A stretch of DNA of 64,000 nt, from assembly GCA_013265495.1 (NCBI GenBank), contig MU062627.1, positions 1,384,274 through 1,448,273 on the forward strand, in the 5' to 3' direction. This document shows, in pieces, positions 63,080 to 64,000 of this stretch. The notes beneath the pieces are model-generated. The model did no database searches and was not told the origin of the DNA. It saw only the letters and a list, made by a program, of their open reading frames with translations. The DNA is from Vicugna vicugna. Its lineage: Eukaryota. A program made the translations under genes and the position numbers. Every line of letters begins with the position of its first letter. Within the stretch, counting starts at the first letter, position 1.

Positions 63080-63462
63080 CTGCTGGAATCCAGAGTGGTG
63101 AGGAGGGCTCTTCCCCAAAGCTGGCACAGCTTTTGCAGGGGACTGCTGTTGCTGAGCGAGAGCTTGAACCTGCAACTGGCTTGTGGACTGGGCTGCTGGC
63201 TGAGCTGGTAGAGACGTAAGGGGCTGCTGGGCAGGTGGCTGTGGCTGTTGAGGTCCCTGGTTCACTGGCCCNNNNNNNNNNNNNNNNNNNNNNNNNNNNN
63301 NNNNNNNNNNNNNNNNNNNNNNNNNNNNNNNNNNNNNNNNNNNNNNNNNNNNNNNNNNNNNNNNNNNNNNNNNNNNNNNNNNNNNNNNNNNNNNNNNNNN
63401 NNNNNNNNNNNNNNNNNNNNNNNNNNNNNNNNNNNNNNNNNNNTACGTTGGGGGCGGGAACC
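63080..63462 (-). CDS. SMG7: SMG7 exon with an internal N gap
   Basis: G-FPPPT[gap]GPVNQGPQQPQPPAQQPLTSLPAQPAAQSTSQLQVQALAQQQQSPAKAVPALGKSPPHHSGFQQ; ttgaag / gtaagg. Confidence 0.93.
63272..63443. other. Assembly gap (172 N)
   Basis: Run of n. Confidence 0.99.
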
Positions 63463-63942
63463 CTTCAAAAGAGAGTAACACAGCTTTAGTTCTAAGGAAA
63501 CTTAGCAAAAGAAAGGCAAAAATAAGTCATTTTGGGGTGGGACGGAGAAGAGGTCTTCTAATAACTTATAAAAGGCAGGGGTAAACCATCACATAAGATT
63601 GGTCAAGTGTCCATCTTTAACCCGATTTCAAGAATTAAATATAGACTGTTGGCTGCTACTTCCATGCACTGAAGTGACTGGAGTGCACTAAAGGCAGTTT
63701 TGTAGATGTCATGTTTAGTGACAAGAATTCTTCATAATAACAAGCCCGCACTTGTACACAGACTAAGAGAAATGGCTCAAAAATGATTCCATAAACATTC
63801 AGGAAAAGAGAACTTTCTTCTACCTTTCAACATTACGGTTTAGCAATGTCATTCAGAGTATAAAATTATTCAGTGGGTGAACAGAAACTCCTACACATAC
63901 TGAATTCAGTAAAAAAAAAAAATGACAGAACGTATTATTTAC

Positions 63943-64000
63943 CTGGCCGGCTGGGAAGAGGGGGGAAGGCTCCAGGGTGATGGATGGGGATGAACTGGGA
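63943..64000 (-). CDS. SMG7: SMG7 exon 3' part (runs off the window)
   Basis: SQFIPIHHPGAFPPLPSRP-G; donor gtaaat; phase fits the next exon. Confidence 0.93.

Overview
Mammalian genomic DNA, most likely camelid (inferred from a tRNA-derived SINE of the Vic-1 type and the style of the L1 3' ends). It covers the conserved ARPC5-NCF2-SMG7 neighbourhood. It contains the last coding exon and 3' UTR of ARPC5 (+, 2609-~4020) and a repeat-rich ~24 kb intergenic region. NCF2/p67phox is complete (+, 15 coding exons, 28350-52976, 1575 nt, 524 aa, all introns GT-AG). The 3' part of SMG7 (-, nine exons visible, two broken by N gaps) lies tail-to-tail with NCF2. The rest is L1, L2, MIR, CR1/L3, MaLR LTR, MER5/MER20, SINEs and one U6 retrocopy. 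I found no new gene or new multi-gene system; most ORFs in the supplied track look like chance ORFs in GC-rich or repeat DNA. The best second-look items are non-canonical retrotransposition footprints, an apparent loss of the AP-1 site in the NCF2 promoter, a MER20 copy carrying an exact CTCF core, and an L1-donated poly(A) signal for NCF2. Comparisons to human or to repeat consensus sequences are from memory and need alignment to confirm.
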